A DNA stretch of 64,000 nt from assembly GCF_001194135.2 (NCBI RefSeq), contig NC_068989.1, positions 94,340,650-94,404,649 on the forward strand. The letters are read 5' to 3'. The notes under the pieces were generated by a model. That model saw only the letters and a program-made list of their open reading frames with translations, ran no database searches and was not told the origin of the DNA. Of the stretch, positions 52,051 through 64,000 are shown piece after piece (the first letter of the stretch is position 1; each line of letters opens with the position of its first letter). The position numbers and the translations under genes were made by a program. The stretch is from Octopus bimaculoides. Its lineage: Eukaryota.

Positions 52051-53832
52051 TCTGTGTCCACTATATAAATTACTGGACTCAATAGAAATGTAGAGTATAT
52101 TTTAATACAGTGTATGTTGAAGGCCCCGATCTCCAGTACTCAGAATTGCTCGTTCCCGAATGTCAGCTGCTAAACCGAACCTGGTTTTCTTTTCAATATT
52201 CACTGTCTAACTATCATTTGAAATGTGAAATGAAGCTTTGGAGGAAACGCTTATCAGGATATTCTTACGTTTAAAATCCTTTGTGGATAATACGTTTGAA
52301 AACAGGTGCATCAAACACACGCTGTTAATTACATTTTTGGTTCTCGTCTGAATATTACATTGGATATGAAATCAAAAGCGTGAGCTTGATGCAACTAAAA
52401 CATTCACTGCGGGTCAGTCTAATCTTTTCACTGTAGACATCCTATTCAGTTCTATGTTTTGTTCCTGATTTTGTTTTGTTGTAGGATTCGTCTCTCTCTC
52501 CATCACTTCCCCTCTCTCCATGTATATATATATATATATATATAATGTGTGTGTGTGTGTGTGTGTATGTGTGTGTGTGTGTTTGTGTGCGTGTGTGTGT
52601 ACAATCGAATTATGGCTGATTATACTTCAAAGTTTTGTTAGACGATTCATTTTATGTATTGCTTCAACGTGCATTCTTGGTGTTAAGGTATTTGAAAGAA
52701 GCTGAGTGAATGAATAAAAGCGGATAGAAAGAAGCTTAGGAAAAAATCGGTATACGAGGAGATCAAGAAAAGTGGCATGGAAGACAGGAGGAAGCATTTG
52801 TCGTGTGCATAACCAGCTTAGTAATAAATGGTGTATTGAATTCAACGTTGAGAATAATGTGACTCATCCAAAAAACTTCGCTGATGGTTGATCACAATTA
52901 TGTGAATGAGAAAATGAAGTGGAGGAAAGAGTGAAATAGAAGGAAGTAATTTCATTAACGTTAGCATCAAGTACCAAGTAAGTATGATGTACTCATAACA
53001 AAAGGAGACCTGATGTCGTGCAAGAAGCGAATCAATCCTCGAAAATATGTGTTGACATCAATGAATAGGCGAACTCACAGAAAAATAGGAAAGATGCGAG
53101 AATGCGTAGGTGCAGACAATGATGAATTTTCGGTCATAAAAATTGTTAATATATATTTAGATTCCATGGACAAGTTAGAGACTTTATATTGCAACTGATA
53201 GTCGCACATTACAATTTCTGTAATTCGTGCGCAGAATTCATGCAACTGGGAGAACACTTGTAATGAGCAAGTGTAATACAACAAATAGATATTTATCACT
53301 ATTGATGATTTCTCAGCTTGTATTCAATCAAAAAAAAATAGTTAGAAAATATTGATTATAATCTGATAACACTTTCTTTCCATCGCAGGAACTCAGTTTG
53401 ATAAGCCAGTTAATCTACTATCATCTCAGAGTGCTCAGTATTACGTCCGTGAAAATTGGTTACCAGGTGTGGTATAAGGTCATCAAGAGAACTAATATGC
53501 ATGCATACACATATATAAATTTCGGTGCGAATGGATTTGTTATACGGTGCCGAGTTTAACAATCCTGTAAATGATAATAATCATGGTATTTATATAAGCT
53601 TATAGCTTATAGCAACCACCGTGCAATGATGAAGGAAAATAGTCTAATGGGGCATATAAGCTCTCGACAGACAAAAAGTAGGCTTTCGCATCCGTGTAGG
53701 ATGCGAACTGACATCCCTTTGTTAGCTCGACTAAGTGTGTTACCATTACACCAAACAATTACTCTCCCTGCGTCTGTCAAATTTTAGTTCGTAGTTCCTT
53801 TTTGTAAGCAAACTTCTATGTGGCTTCAGAGA

Positions 53833-53894
<62 letters not shown>

Positions 53895-55689
53895 TCATAC
53901 AGCGAGAGACAGACAGAGGCAGATTCATATACATACATACGTATATACGCATACACATACATGTACACATATATAAGTGTATGTATAAATATATTTGCAT
54001 ATTAATTAACACACACACTCACAAACACACACACAGATACACACATACATATATATATGCGCAAATATTTTTTAGTTAACATTAATTGTTTGGATTTTAG
54101 ACGGATGTCATAATATATATTGTGTCCCTTTACGTCTCGAAACATAGCTCTTACAAAACTAGGAAGCAATAAAATATGTCCAGTCTGAGATGAGCATTGG
54201 GCTGGCCCTTATGAACTAAGATCCACAGAAGGTGGTGCTCCAGCGTGAACGGAGTTGAATGACGTCAGCCTGTATGGAATTAAAAGAAAAATACTTGAAT
54301 ATTCCAAGTGGAATTGGTTTAAATACTCGATAATATGATTATGTGACAATAAATATTAAAAACGATTATCGACCAATACACTAACTTCGATATAGTGAAA
54401 TCATGGAGTTACTAATAATTGTTGTGTGTTTAAGTTATAAAGGATTTACTGAAAGTCATTTAGTCACAGGTATATAGGATATTTAAGTAGGAAAATATAC
54501 CATATAGAAGTTAAGTATTCGTGAAAGGAATACCAGGATGAAGTAGGGAGGGGTGTTATAATTATTATATGCGAGTGATGGTGAAATGGAAGCTGTATAA
54601 AAGAAATATTTCAGAATCATTGAATGGTGAAAACTAAAGTTGGCAAAGATTGGAATTAAACGGAAGAACGTGTGATAGATAACTTAAGCACGCAAAGTCA
54701 TAAATACACAAGCATATGCAGTGTTACGGGTTTATATATTTACATAAGTTCATATGTGCATGCATATCTATTATATAGGTTTACGCATATATATGCATAT
54801 ATATGCATATTTATCGACAGACGTACACGCGGAGAGTAATTTATTTATATACTATAGAAATTAATATACAAATGCTTGTGTCTTCACGGCCATACATATC
54901 TATCGACATTCATATAAATATATATATATATATATANNNNNNNNNNNNNNNNNNNNNNNNNNNNNNNNNNNNNNNNNNNNNNNNNNNNNNNNNNNNNNNN
55001 NNNNNNNNNNNNNNNNNNNNNNNNNNNNNNNNNNNNNNNNNNNNNNNNNNNNNNNNNNNNNNNNNNNNNNNNNNNNNNNNNNNNNNNNNNNNNNNNNNNN
55101 NNNNNNNNNNNNNNNNNNNNNNNNNNNNNNNNNNNNNNNNNNNNNNNNNNNNNNNNNNNNNNNNNNNNNNNNNNNNNNNNNNNNNNNNNNNNNNNNNNNN
55201 NNNNNNNNNNNNNNNNNNNNNNNNNNNNNNNNNNNNNNNNNNNNNNNNNNNNNNNNNNNNNNNNNNNATATATATATATATATATATACATACATACATA
55301 CATGCGTTTGTATATATTTACGTTAACACCGATACACACACATTTGTATGCATATACATATACAAATTTACACACACATGATGAATTAACCCAGCCATTA
55401 TGATGGTACCCAGGTTTCGTGGCAATATCTTCTGAAAGATGTAATAGTAAATTCTAACTGTTTGGGCATACGCCAATTCCACATCTCTGATCTTTAATTG
55501 AAACAGATAACTGAATGGCACTATTGACAGCAAACTAATACTTCATGCAACGACTTCATTCGTAATGATAGTTGTTGAAAGTCAATTAAAATCATCTCTG
55601 TAAATCCCTTTGATGTAAAGTGGACGTTGAAACAGTCTTCATTCAATATGAACTATTTCTATAATTTTTGCTAAATATCAATCTGATAT

Positions 55690-55767
<78 letters not shown>

Positions 55768-57925
55768 NNNNNNNNNNNNNNNNNNNNNNNNNNNNNNNNN
55801 NNNNNNNNNNNNNNNNNNNNNNNNNNNNNNNNNNNNNNNNNNNNNNNNNNNNNNNNNNNNNNNNNNNNNNNNNNNNNNNNNNNNNNNNNNNNNNNNNNNN
55901 NNNNNNNNNNNNNNNNNNNNNNNNNNNNNNNNNNNNNNNNNNNNNNNNNNNNNNNNNNNNNNNNNNNNNNNNNNNNNNNNNNNNNNNNNNNNNNNNNNNN
56001 NNNNNNNNNNNNNNNNNNNNNNNNNNNNNNNNNNNNNNNNNNNNNNNNNNNNNNNNNNNNNNNNATACATATATACATATATATATATATTTATATATAT
56101 ACATACATATATATATATACACATATATATATATATTTAGCTATACGTATGTATATATGTTGTATGTATGTATGTATGTATCTATCTATCTATGAATATA
56201 TTTATGAATATATAATATTGTGCTAAACATACATTTACTGAAGAAATTTCATTAAATATGGTAGATACTTTGACGATGAATGTTGTATGTATAGCCACAA
56301 ATTTAAGAAGTGTTTATTTTTCAGCGTAGGAAATCAACAACTCTATAAATTATAAAACCGACTAAGCAGTACAATAGTACATGCAATGCATCTTAAAGAT
56401 TAAGTGTTGAATGTTGTTTTGTTGTGCTATAAAAATAGAATATATCATGATTGTTATGAAAAGCAAGATCTTTACGCAGTTTGAAAGCATTGGCAAGTGT
56501 AATATTTCTTTATTTTATTATGAATCAATCAATAAAATGTTTACCATGTCAACTAGCATTACATGCATTAGTAGTTGGTGGAAGGTACGTTTATATTTAT
56601 GACATATTTATATGGAAAACACATTTTCATTGTTTTCTTATTTATTCTTGATATCGCATAGTGGATATCTATTCACAGGACTTTACTGAAAATTGTGTTT
56701 TTTTATTCCATCTTATTTTACAAATCATTTCACATGTTGCCATTTTTAAAGAAATTCTATTCAGAAAAAAGACGACGCAAAATACTTTTCTTTCTATTCC
56801 GAATACAAATATCACTATACGATGCTCACGGGTTCCTAGCTGCAAACGTCACTAGGTCGATGGTTGCCACAAATCTCTGCTGTGCTCTGAATATCGCAAG
56901 TTTTTTCTCTGAAATACTTGCCTTGCCTTAACTTCGCTTCTTCGTAATTGTTGATGCCGAACTCAAAATGTTATTTTTTTTCCTTTTTGCCTGCCATCGG
57001 TATTTTGAAAATAAGACTTTTAGTTTTATTTTAAACTTCCTATTTCGCAATGTTCACCTAGGGTTGTGTGTTATCTTGGTTTTATTACCGTGTTCACCGA
57101 CAAAAACATCAACTTGCCGCAGATATTTTTTTTCAATGTATGTTGAATAAATGTATCCAATAAATACAATAATTCGTAGAATTTTGTCTATTTCGATCAA
57201 AATTTTCAAGAAAAAAATTATGTATTTAACAAAAGAAATAATTGATGAAATCGTTTTTTTCTTTCTTTTTTGTTTTTGCACAAAATTGTTCAAAAGTGTA
57301 TTTAACCAATAAATTAATTATCTTGAAATCTATAGAACAGTCTAGAAATGAAAGAGTGTTATAAAGTTCACTTTTGAAAATTTATTCATATTTTCTTACC
57401 GGAATATGTTTATTGTCTATCATCACAACAGTAATCCAGCGGTTTTGTTAGTATTTCTCGAACTGCATCAAAGTGTTCTGAAATATTTTCTGAAATATTT
57501 CATCTCGATCTTACGTGAACCGAAAATGCACCCGTTCTCCAACCATGTATCAGCTGATATTTTTATAACTTTCAATCAGTCATTTTGTTAATTCCATGTA
57601 GTCACACCCTTTGATAATCCTTTTAAATCCATGAATCATTGTGAGAAATGCATACCATGCTCCTATTTCGTATCTGCTCATCTTACAAATTTTCTGTCTT
57701 CAACTTCGAATTTTCTCGAGATCCACTCAATATGTTAAGTTTACATTGGACATCTGAGAGATTTGGAAACTCCAGGCCCCAATCTTATGAAGTTTTACTT
57801 CAAGATCAAAGACCTTTAAAACTTGTGGTATCAATCTAAATTCTGTAGCTTTAGATGAAACTGTATAACAATGCTAGATTTTCCTGGTTGCAAGTAATTA
57901 TTTCAATTGAGACCACTGAACTTAC

Positions 57926-57993
57926 CGATAAAGATTAGCAACCAACCTGATATCTTGCAACGATAGGGAACATATATATTAAGCATATCCACT
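57926..57993 (-). CDS. candidate short exon
   Basis: Acceptor ttttatgcctggcttgcAG, donor TCG|gtaagt. Phase-2 frame reads VDMLNIYVPYRCKISGWLLIFI. Confidence 0.15.
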
Positions 57994-58283
57994 CTGCAAG
58001 CCAGGCATAAAACAAGCGTATTCAAATCTTCCCGCTATAAATCTTTCTATACATCCCACTTAAATTAGGGGCAAATAGTTTTAGTTTCCTTCCGTTTGAT
58101 GCGGATTATGTGGATGAATATTGGATGCGCTCGAGGAGTGAATCTTACACTATAGACCAACCACAGTAACTAACTTTCCGCATTTGTCATTAAGACAGAC
58201 CAGCAATTACATTAAAACGAACTACAATTTATATCTTTACATGCCTTTTCTAGTACACAATAATTCTGAAATTTAGGTCACAA

Positions 58284-58365
<82 letters not shown>

Positions 58366-60419
58366 AGAGAGAGGGGGGATTTGATCAACAGCTTCGTATA
58401 ATACATAAAGTGTTCTAGGCTTCTCATTTTCGCAAATAATCACTCCAGAGTACAATCTGTATGTTATCGAAAGTTTGGCACCTTTCACAGTTTGATGTTC
58501 GATCCTAACATAATATCCACAAATATTTAGGAAGTTTGGGACGGTTTCCCTATTTTCAATTTGCCATATTCAAAAGATTTAATATTCCTACTTCAAAAAT
58601 TTTAAAACAGGACATGATTTTAGATTTACAAAATATGAAAGAATACAAATAAAATTACATAAGCATTGCAATGGTGCCACTGTAATTTCCAAAACGGAAG
58701 CAATTAATATGATATCAGGATCAGCACAACACATTTAGAAACTGAAACTGAAGAAATTCGCAAATAATCAAAGAAATGTCTTTGTGCAGTAGTATAATAC
58801 ATGATATGGTTTTGTGCAACGTAATATTACTTAAACTCATGCAAGAAATCTCACCATAGTATGGAAATTTGTGGCATTAAAAATATTCAGTTACGTAGCG
58901 AACGTTTTAAACGAGAATAATGAATTCTTTTATACACGAAAATGTATTTCATTGAATATATTAATGTAGAGAAACCAAAACGATTTCATAAAACTCTTAC
59001 CTTAAAATTCATGCTGACAGTATGATATATATAATCTAAACTAAAAATATTCATAATAATACCGGTAGCCGTGCAATAGTGACTGCAAATACGCTAAAAG
59101 CAGACATATATTTTCTGATAAATGCAGCAATTCCTACAAACCTATATTTCCCCTTATCTTATTAATGTGCGAGGTAGGGGGGCGTATTTATCACTCATTT
59201 GTAAAGCATAGCCGGTTATCAGTGCATGGCCAAGTGCTGCGAAATGGTGGAATCATTAGAACGTGGAATAAAACAATTCGTGTTATGAGTTCCAATTCTC
59301 TGCGTTCAAAATTCATTTTGTAGGAATTCAGTTTTGTGTTGTAACTGCTATTTTAAAATCAGAAGAATCAAAAGAAGAAATGAGCAAATCTTTTTATTTA
59401 TAATGTTGAACTCTTTTTCTATAAAATCTCAACGGATATAATCGATATCAATTAGCTCACAGCTTCTACATTTTCCGATCATGTTAATGAGAAAAGTATC
59501 TTAAATAACAAGAAGAAGAAGAATAACAATAATAATAATAATCATAATAATAATAATGATGATGATGATTATGATAAAGACGATGATGCTCATTATATTT
59601 CTAATAAATATATAGAAATATATACTATACATTAAGACTGCCAACGGCAAAACTGAAAAGAATTTATATTGTTACATTAGGTTATTGACTGACACGTAAC
59701 ATATCGATTACCGGAGGATTCATGAAACAAATATATACATACACACATATATNNNNNNNNNNNNNNNNNNNNNNNNNNNNNNNNNNNNNNNNNNNNNNNN
59801 NNNNNNNNNNNNNNNNNNNNNNNNNNNNNNNNNNNNNNNNNNNNNNNNNNNNNNNNNNNNNNNNNNNNNNNNNNNNNNNNNNNNNNNNNNNNNNNNNNNN
59901 NNNNNNNNNNNNNNNNNNNNNNNNNNNNNNNNNNNNNNNNNNNNNNNNNNNNNNNNNNNNNNNNNNNNNNNNNNNNNNNNNNNNNNNNNNNNNNNNNNNN
60001 NNNNNNNNNNNNNNNNNNNNNNNNNNNNNNNNNNNNNNNNNNNNNNNNNNNNNNNNNNNNNNNNNNNNNNNNNNNNNNNNNNNNNNNNNNNNNNNNNNNN
60101 NNNNNNNNNNNNNNNNNNNNNNNNNNNNNNNNNNNNNNNNNNNNNNNNNNNNNNNNNNNNNNNNNNNNNNNNNNNNNNNNNNNNNNNNNNNNNNNNNNNN
60201 NNNNNNNNNNNNNNNNNNNNNNNNNNNNNNNNNNNNNNNNNNNNNNNNNNNNNNNNNNNNNNNNNNNNNNNNNNNNNNNNNNNNNNNNNNNNNNNNNNNN
60301 NNNNNNNNNNNNNNNNNNNNNNNNNNNNNNNNNNNNNNNNNNNNNNNNNNNNNNNNNATATATATATATATAACAATAAGAAAATGGAGTGGAATATGTG
60401 GTACTCATCAACTTGTAGA

Positions 60420-61125
60420 TATTGTATTATGTCAATTTACCTGTTTATTGTACTTCCATTCCAATGTCAGCTGAAAACGTTATTAACACCAGTTGGTTTT
60501 TGATAGCATTGTTAACATTTGTAGCACAATCTGAAGGCCATCCACAAAGAAGTTACTGTCTACATTAATATCTCCTGCAGCTGCAGATCCTAGCGCGTAG
60601 CCATTTGCTTTTTGTAGCAAGAATGACAATGGGTTTAAAGCTAAAACAGAGATTATCTGCCTGGAATATTCTCTCTGAAATATTTATGATATTGGAGACG
60701 ATTGTTCCATTCTCTGCACTGAGTATGGGAATTGTGACACAGGTCTTTGCAATCCTCTTAATGGTGGCAATTAAGGTAGCGTACACTTTTGCCAAATGGA
60801 GACAGATCAGCAGCCAGTGCGTGCCTATAATCAAAGCATGTCGTTGCAAGGCCCCTACCACGTTTTGTTTTTCACCTCTGACAGTACAGCTTTGTTTATC
60901 TGTAGTTGTATAGTTATTAAGTTGATGGATTAACAAGACTTTGGAGGAATTAGTTGAGTGAGCTTGTGTACAGCTTATACATAATATTTAAGCAAGCAAG
61001 TGACCTGTACTTTTCAGGCAACTCGGTGGTTTCATTCTTGGTCATGAAATTCGCCCGTGTTATAAACCAATTTGGTAAGTCAATCTGGCCGTCCATAGTG
61101 CGTTTGAATATACTTATTAGTGGGT
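60420..61125 (-). mobile_element. R4/Dong-like LINE reverse transcriptase remnant
   Basis: DLPNWF...TELPEKYRSLACLNIMYKLYTS...LQINKAVLSEVK...IFQ...LALNPLSFLLQKANGYALG...NFFVDG match RT motifs YRPxxCLxxxYKL, IFQGD, LNPLSxLL and FxDD, with many frameshifts. Confidence 0.75.
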
Positions 61126-61812
61126 TCCTGTAAAATGTCAGCCTCTTATACCAGTATCCAACAATTAGGCTGAGGAATCTGTGAAGAACACTTAAGAGAA
61201 AATAACGAAGTAGTTATATGAAGGTTTCTGTATCAATTCACCTTATTTGTAAGAATTATTCGAAATAAAGCTTTCTAAATGTTAAAAAAAAAACGAGAGA
61301 TAAATTTAATTTAATGTAGAACGAAATGAAGATAACCACAAAGATGGGTCTAATATTAATAAATATCATATCTTTTGTGTTGAGAATAGCAATTAATACG
61401 GAGAAACAAAAGAGAATTATGACTTAATTGAGAAACGAAAACAAAATATTTTGTTTAATATTTATTTAAGAGACTGAACAGCGTTGATGTCTAAGCGAAA
61501 CAGAAATTATTTTCTTGCTACAGGAGTTTATAAATGTTTGTATATACAGCTTATGTTGAGTCATTAACAATATAGACAGCCCAACAGCTTCTATCTTCCA
61601 TATTTCACAGACAAAAAAATTATAATACCATCCAAAAATAATCTCCCTACCGTTACATAATTACAACATTTGTTTGCTTATAGTAACGACGACTGCGCAA
61701 ATATATTTCCGAAACAAAAAGTAAGCACTTTATCGGGAGTTAACTAAGAATTTCATCATAGCGTGGCCACATTCACGGAAAATTATAAATGTCTGAGTTA
61801 ATTGACCATATT

Positions 61813-62229
61813 TCAACAAAACGTCTTTCGAAGCTCATAAAAAAAGCTATAGATACGATATATTGGCACATCGATCTCAAAATATATTGAAATAGGAGAA
61901 CCATCGCATAAATGAAAGACAGACGTACTTTTCTGGAAATAAAAATGGTTGTCGAAATGCATAAGTTGCGGTGCTAAATATAAAATGAGACATATCATGC
62001 TTACATTTGTATTTACTTATGTATATAATATGTTGTTAGTAAGGAAAAGAAATTTTCGTATAGTTGTTAAACGTCTGTTAGCAGATAGGAAATCATTGCT
62101 GGTAATAAATGGTTTGAAAGGTGAACGGAACTGTACCCAATGCAATCTTCCAAGAACGTGCACGTTAACAAGGTGAATTTCTCTGTTTAACTTTCGCATT
62201 GCAAAATAAATAGAACTTCCCAACGTCAC
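61813..62229 (-). mobile_element. possible Penelope-like RT remnant
   Basis: Two ORF-track entries share one frame with one stop between them: PFKPFITSNDFL...NILYT*...HFDNHFYFQ...DGSPIS resembles the PLE RT pattern SxxDF...SLYTN...FxFNxxxYxQ...MGSPxS. Confidence 0.4.
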
Positions 62230-62829
62230 TGAAATAGATATCAGATAGATATCGAGAAGGCACGCTTAATTATTTTCAGCTTAACAGTAACGATGAAAGA
62301 GGAAGTATTAGAAACATTACGTGATAATATTTATCATAAGATTCAGGAATAAAACAGCCAATTCATCGCTAATAGCAGATCTAGATGTGATACTTTAAAA
62401 TAGTCATAATCTTTCACACACAATAAAAAAGACATTTTCAAACAAATATCATAGCAAAATCTTCCTAATCACTTATTAAATGAAATCGAATGAAGAAAGA
62501 TGGGACGATCTTGGAAGTGTTCAGATTAATGGAGTTTAACCTGATGAGAGTGAAATAGTTTTATTGAGAGATAAAGGTTTTACTTGAACAACAATAACAA
62601 TAATTCCACACCAATAAGAAATCATTTATGAGATGTGTGCTACATTTCAAAATGTTATCCATGAAATGATCCTCCCTATCTTTACGCAATTTTCATTGTA
62701 AGAATTATATCAATACTAAAGTATCTCCCATTTCGACATGTGTCCTGGTGTAAACAGTAATACTGAAGCGATACAAAGTTAAACATCAACAAATTTCATT
62801 GATATCAATAGATATCAATGTGTTCGTAT

Positions 62830-63977
62830 TGATTTAGTATTTGTCAAAATCAAGTGTGGAGAACACCATCCATCATGTGGTGTCCGTTTTCATTATTGCA
62901 TTTCTGAAGGCATTCTTGAAAGTTGGCCACTATTCTCTCCAACATTGTTCTGTCGATTTGGGCGACTACCACGCGAACAGGTCACTTCAAATCGTCCAAT
63001 GTACGGAACTTGTGCGCATACACACGTGCCTTGAGGTTTCCCCACAAGACATAATCAGACATGGACAATTCAGGAGACCGAGCGTGGAGCAAGGAATTTC
63101 AGCAAACCTGGAAATGAAGCGGTCATCGAAGAGAGACCGAAGAACGTCCATTGATTCTCTGGCTATGTGGACCATCACCCCATCTTGCTGAAACCACACA
63201 TGTCGAATAGGCATATGTCTTCGCCGAAATTCAAGTACAAAGAAGTTGCTTATCCTCTCGATGTAACGCTCGGAGTTCACAGTAAGAGTATTTCCATTAT
63301 TGTCACCAAAGAAGTAAGGACCATGACGGCAGCTTTTCCAACAGCACACGAGACCGTCACTTTTGGACTGTACAGTGGGCCTTCGTGCAGTTCTCTCGGA
63401 TTTTGAAAAGCCCATTAATGACAGCTGTGTTGATTCAATTTGCCACTGAGATGAAAATGAGGTAATCATTTGCCTCAAAAATTGCTTCCATCAGACGTGC
63501 GAAGTTAAGCCACTGTTCATAGTCCCATGCTTTCGACTGTTGGCCAATGACCAGTGTGTACGGATGGAAATTCAGGTCTTCATGCAAAATAGCCTTACGG
63601 ATTGATTACCGATGCCAAGTTCAGTGGAATACCTCCAAGCGGAAAACTCCGGTTTTCTATTCATTACTGTACCTCGTGTACAAAGTGCATTCACCCAACG
63701 TAAGATTGTGTTAGGGTGGAGAACAGCCCGATTTCGGTGAATGTTGAAGTGTCGCCGAAACTCACGGTGGGCTGCTGTGACAGTCTTGGTATTCTTCATG
63801 TAACTGTCGTAGGCAAACATGCGATGTTCTATTGTCTAGAGGTCCATGGCTTCATCTGAAAAGAAAACAAAATGCTAAGGTACCACGGACTGAATGGGAC
63901 CTGTTGAACATATGTCCCTCCCACTAGGGTTGAGTAATAGCCATTTCAAAAATGTCCGTTCTCTCTGTCCCGCCCTG
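62830..63977 (-). mobile_element. Tc1/mariner DNA transposon, DD41D-type, decayed
   Basis: N-terminal HTH FAYDSYMKNTKTVTAAHREFRRHFNIHRNRAV; catalytic region GPYFF...NSERY...WFQQDG...RSPELSMSDYVLWGNLKARV with about 41 residues between the last two Asp after frameshift correction. TIR CAGGGCGGGACAGAGAGAACGGACATTTTTGAAATGG at 63977-63941 abuts (TA)n; the second TIR was not found. Confidence 0.9.
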
Positions 63978-64000
63978 TATATATATATATATATATATAT

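Noticed and set aside
62541-62565. CTGATGA-GAGT-GAAA hammerhead-like words
   Set aside because: No real stem II and no stem I complement.
1-64000. CRISPR arrays, operons or other prokaryotic systems
   Set aside because: No regularly spaced repeat-spacer arrays or gene-dense regions; the sequence is animal repeat-rich DNA.

Overview
AT-rich eukaryotic (animal) genomic DNA with 11 assembly gaps, most flanked by (AT)n, and very dense microsatellites. The SINE families and overall texture suggest an octopus genome; this is inference, not a database result. I found no intact long ORF, prokaryotic features, CRISPR array or functional tRNA/rRNA gene. The window looks intronic or intergenic and is full of mobile-element relics. 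These include a Gypsy gag-protease remnant, Penelope-like (PLE) GIY-YIG and probable RT fragments, R4/Dong-like and Hero-like RLE LINE pieces, a CR1/L2-type LINE 3' end, a decayed DD41D Tc1/mariner with one TIR, Helitron/Helentron-type non-autonomous elements, and several tRNA-derived SINE families. The most notable signals are hammerhead-ribozyme motifs. One near-canonical type I hammerhead sits inside a 50-bp inverted repeat at 51.5-51.8 kb. Three degenerate hammerhead-like cores occur in the 3' tail of a tRNA-headed SINE at 9.9-11.7 kb, and two of those copies form a head-to-head palindrome. Several short candidate exons with good splice signals exist on both strands, but no protein could be identified, so they are low confidence. 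Element boundaries are read by eye and approximate unless exact motifs are quoted.
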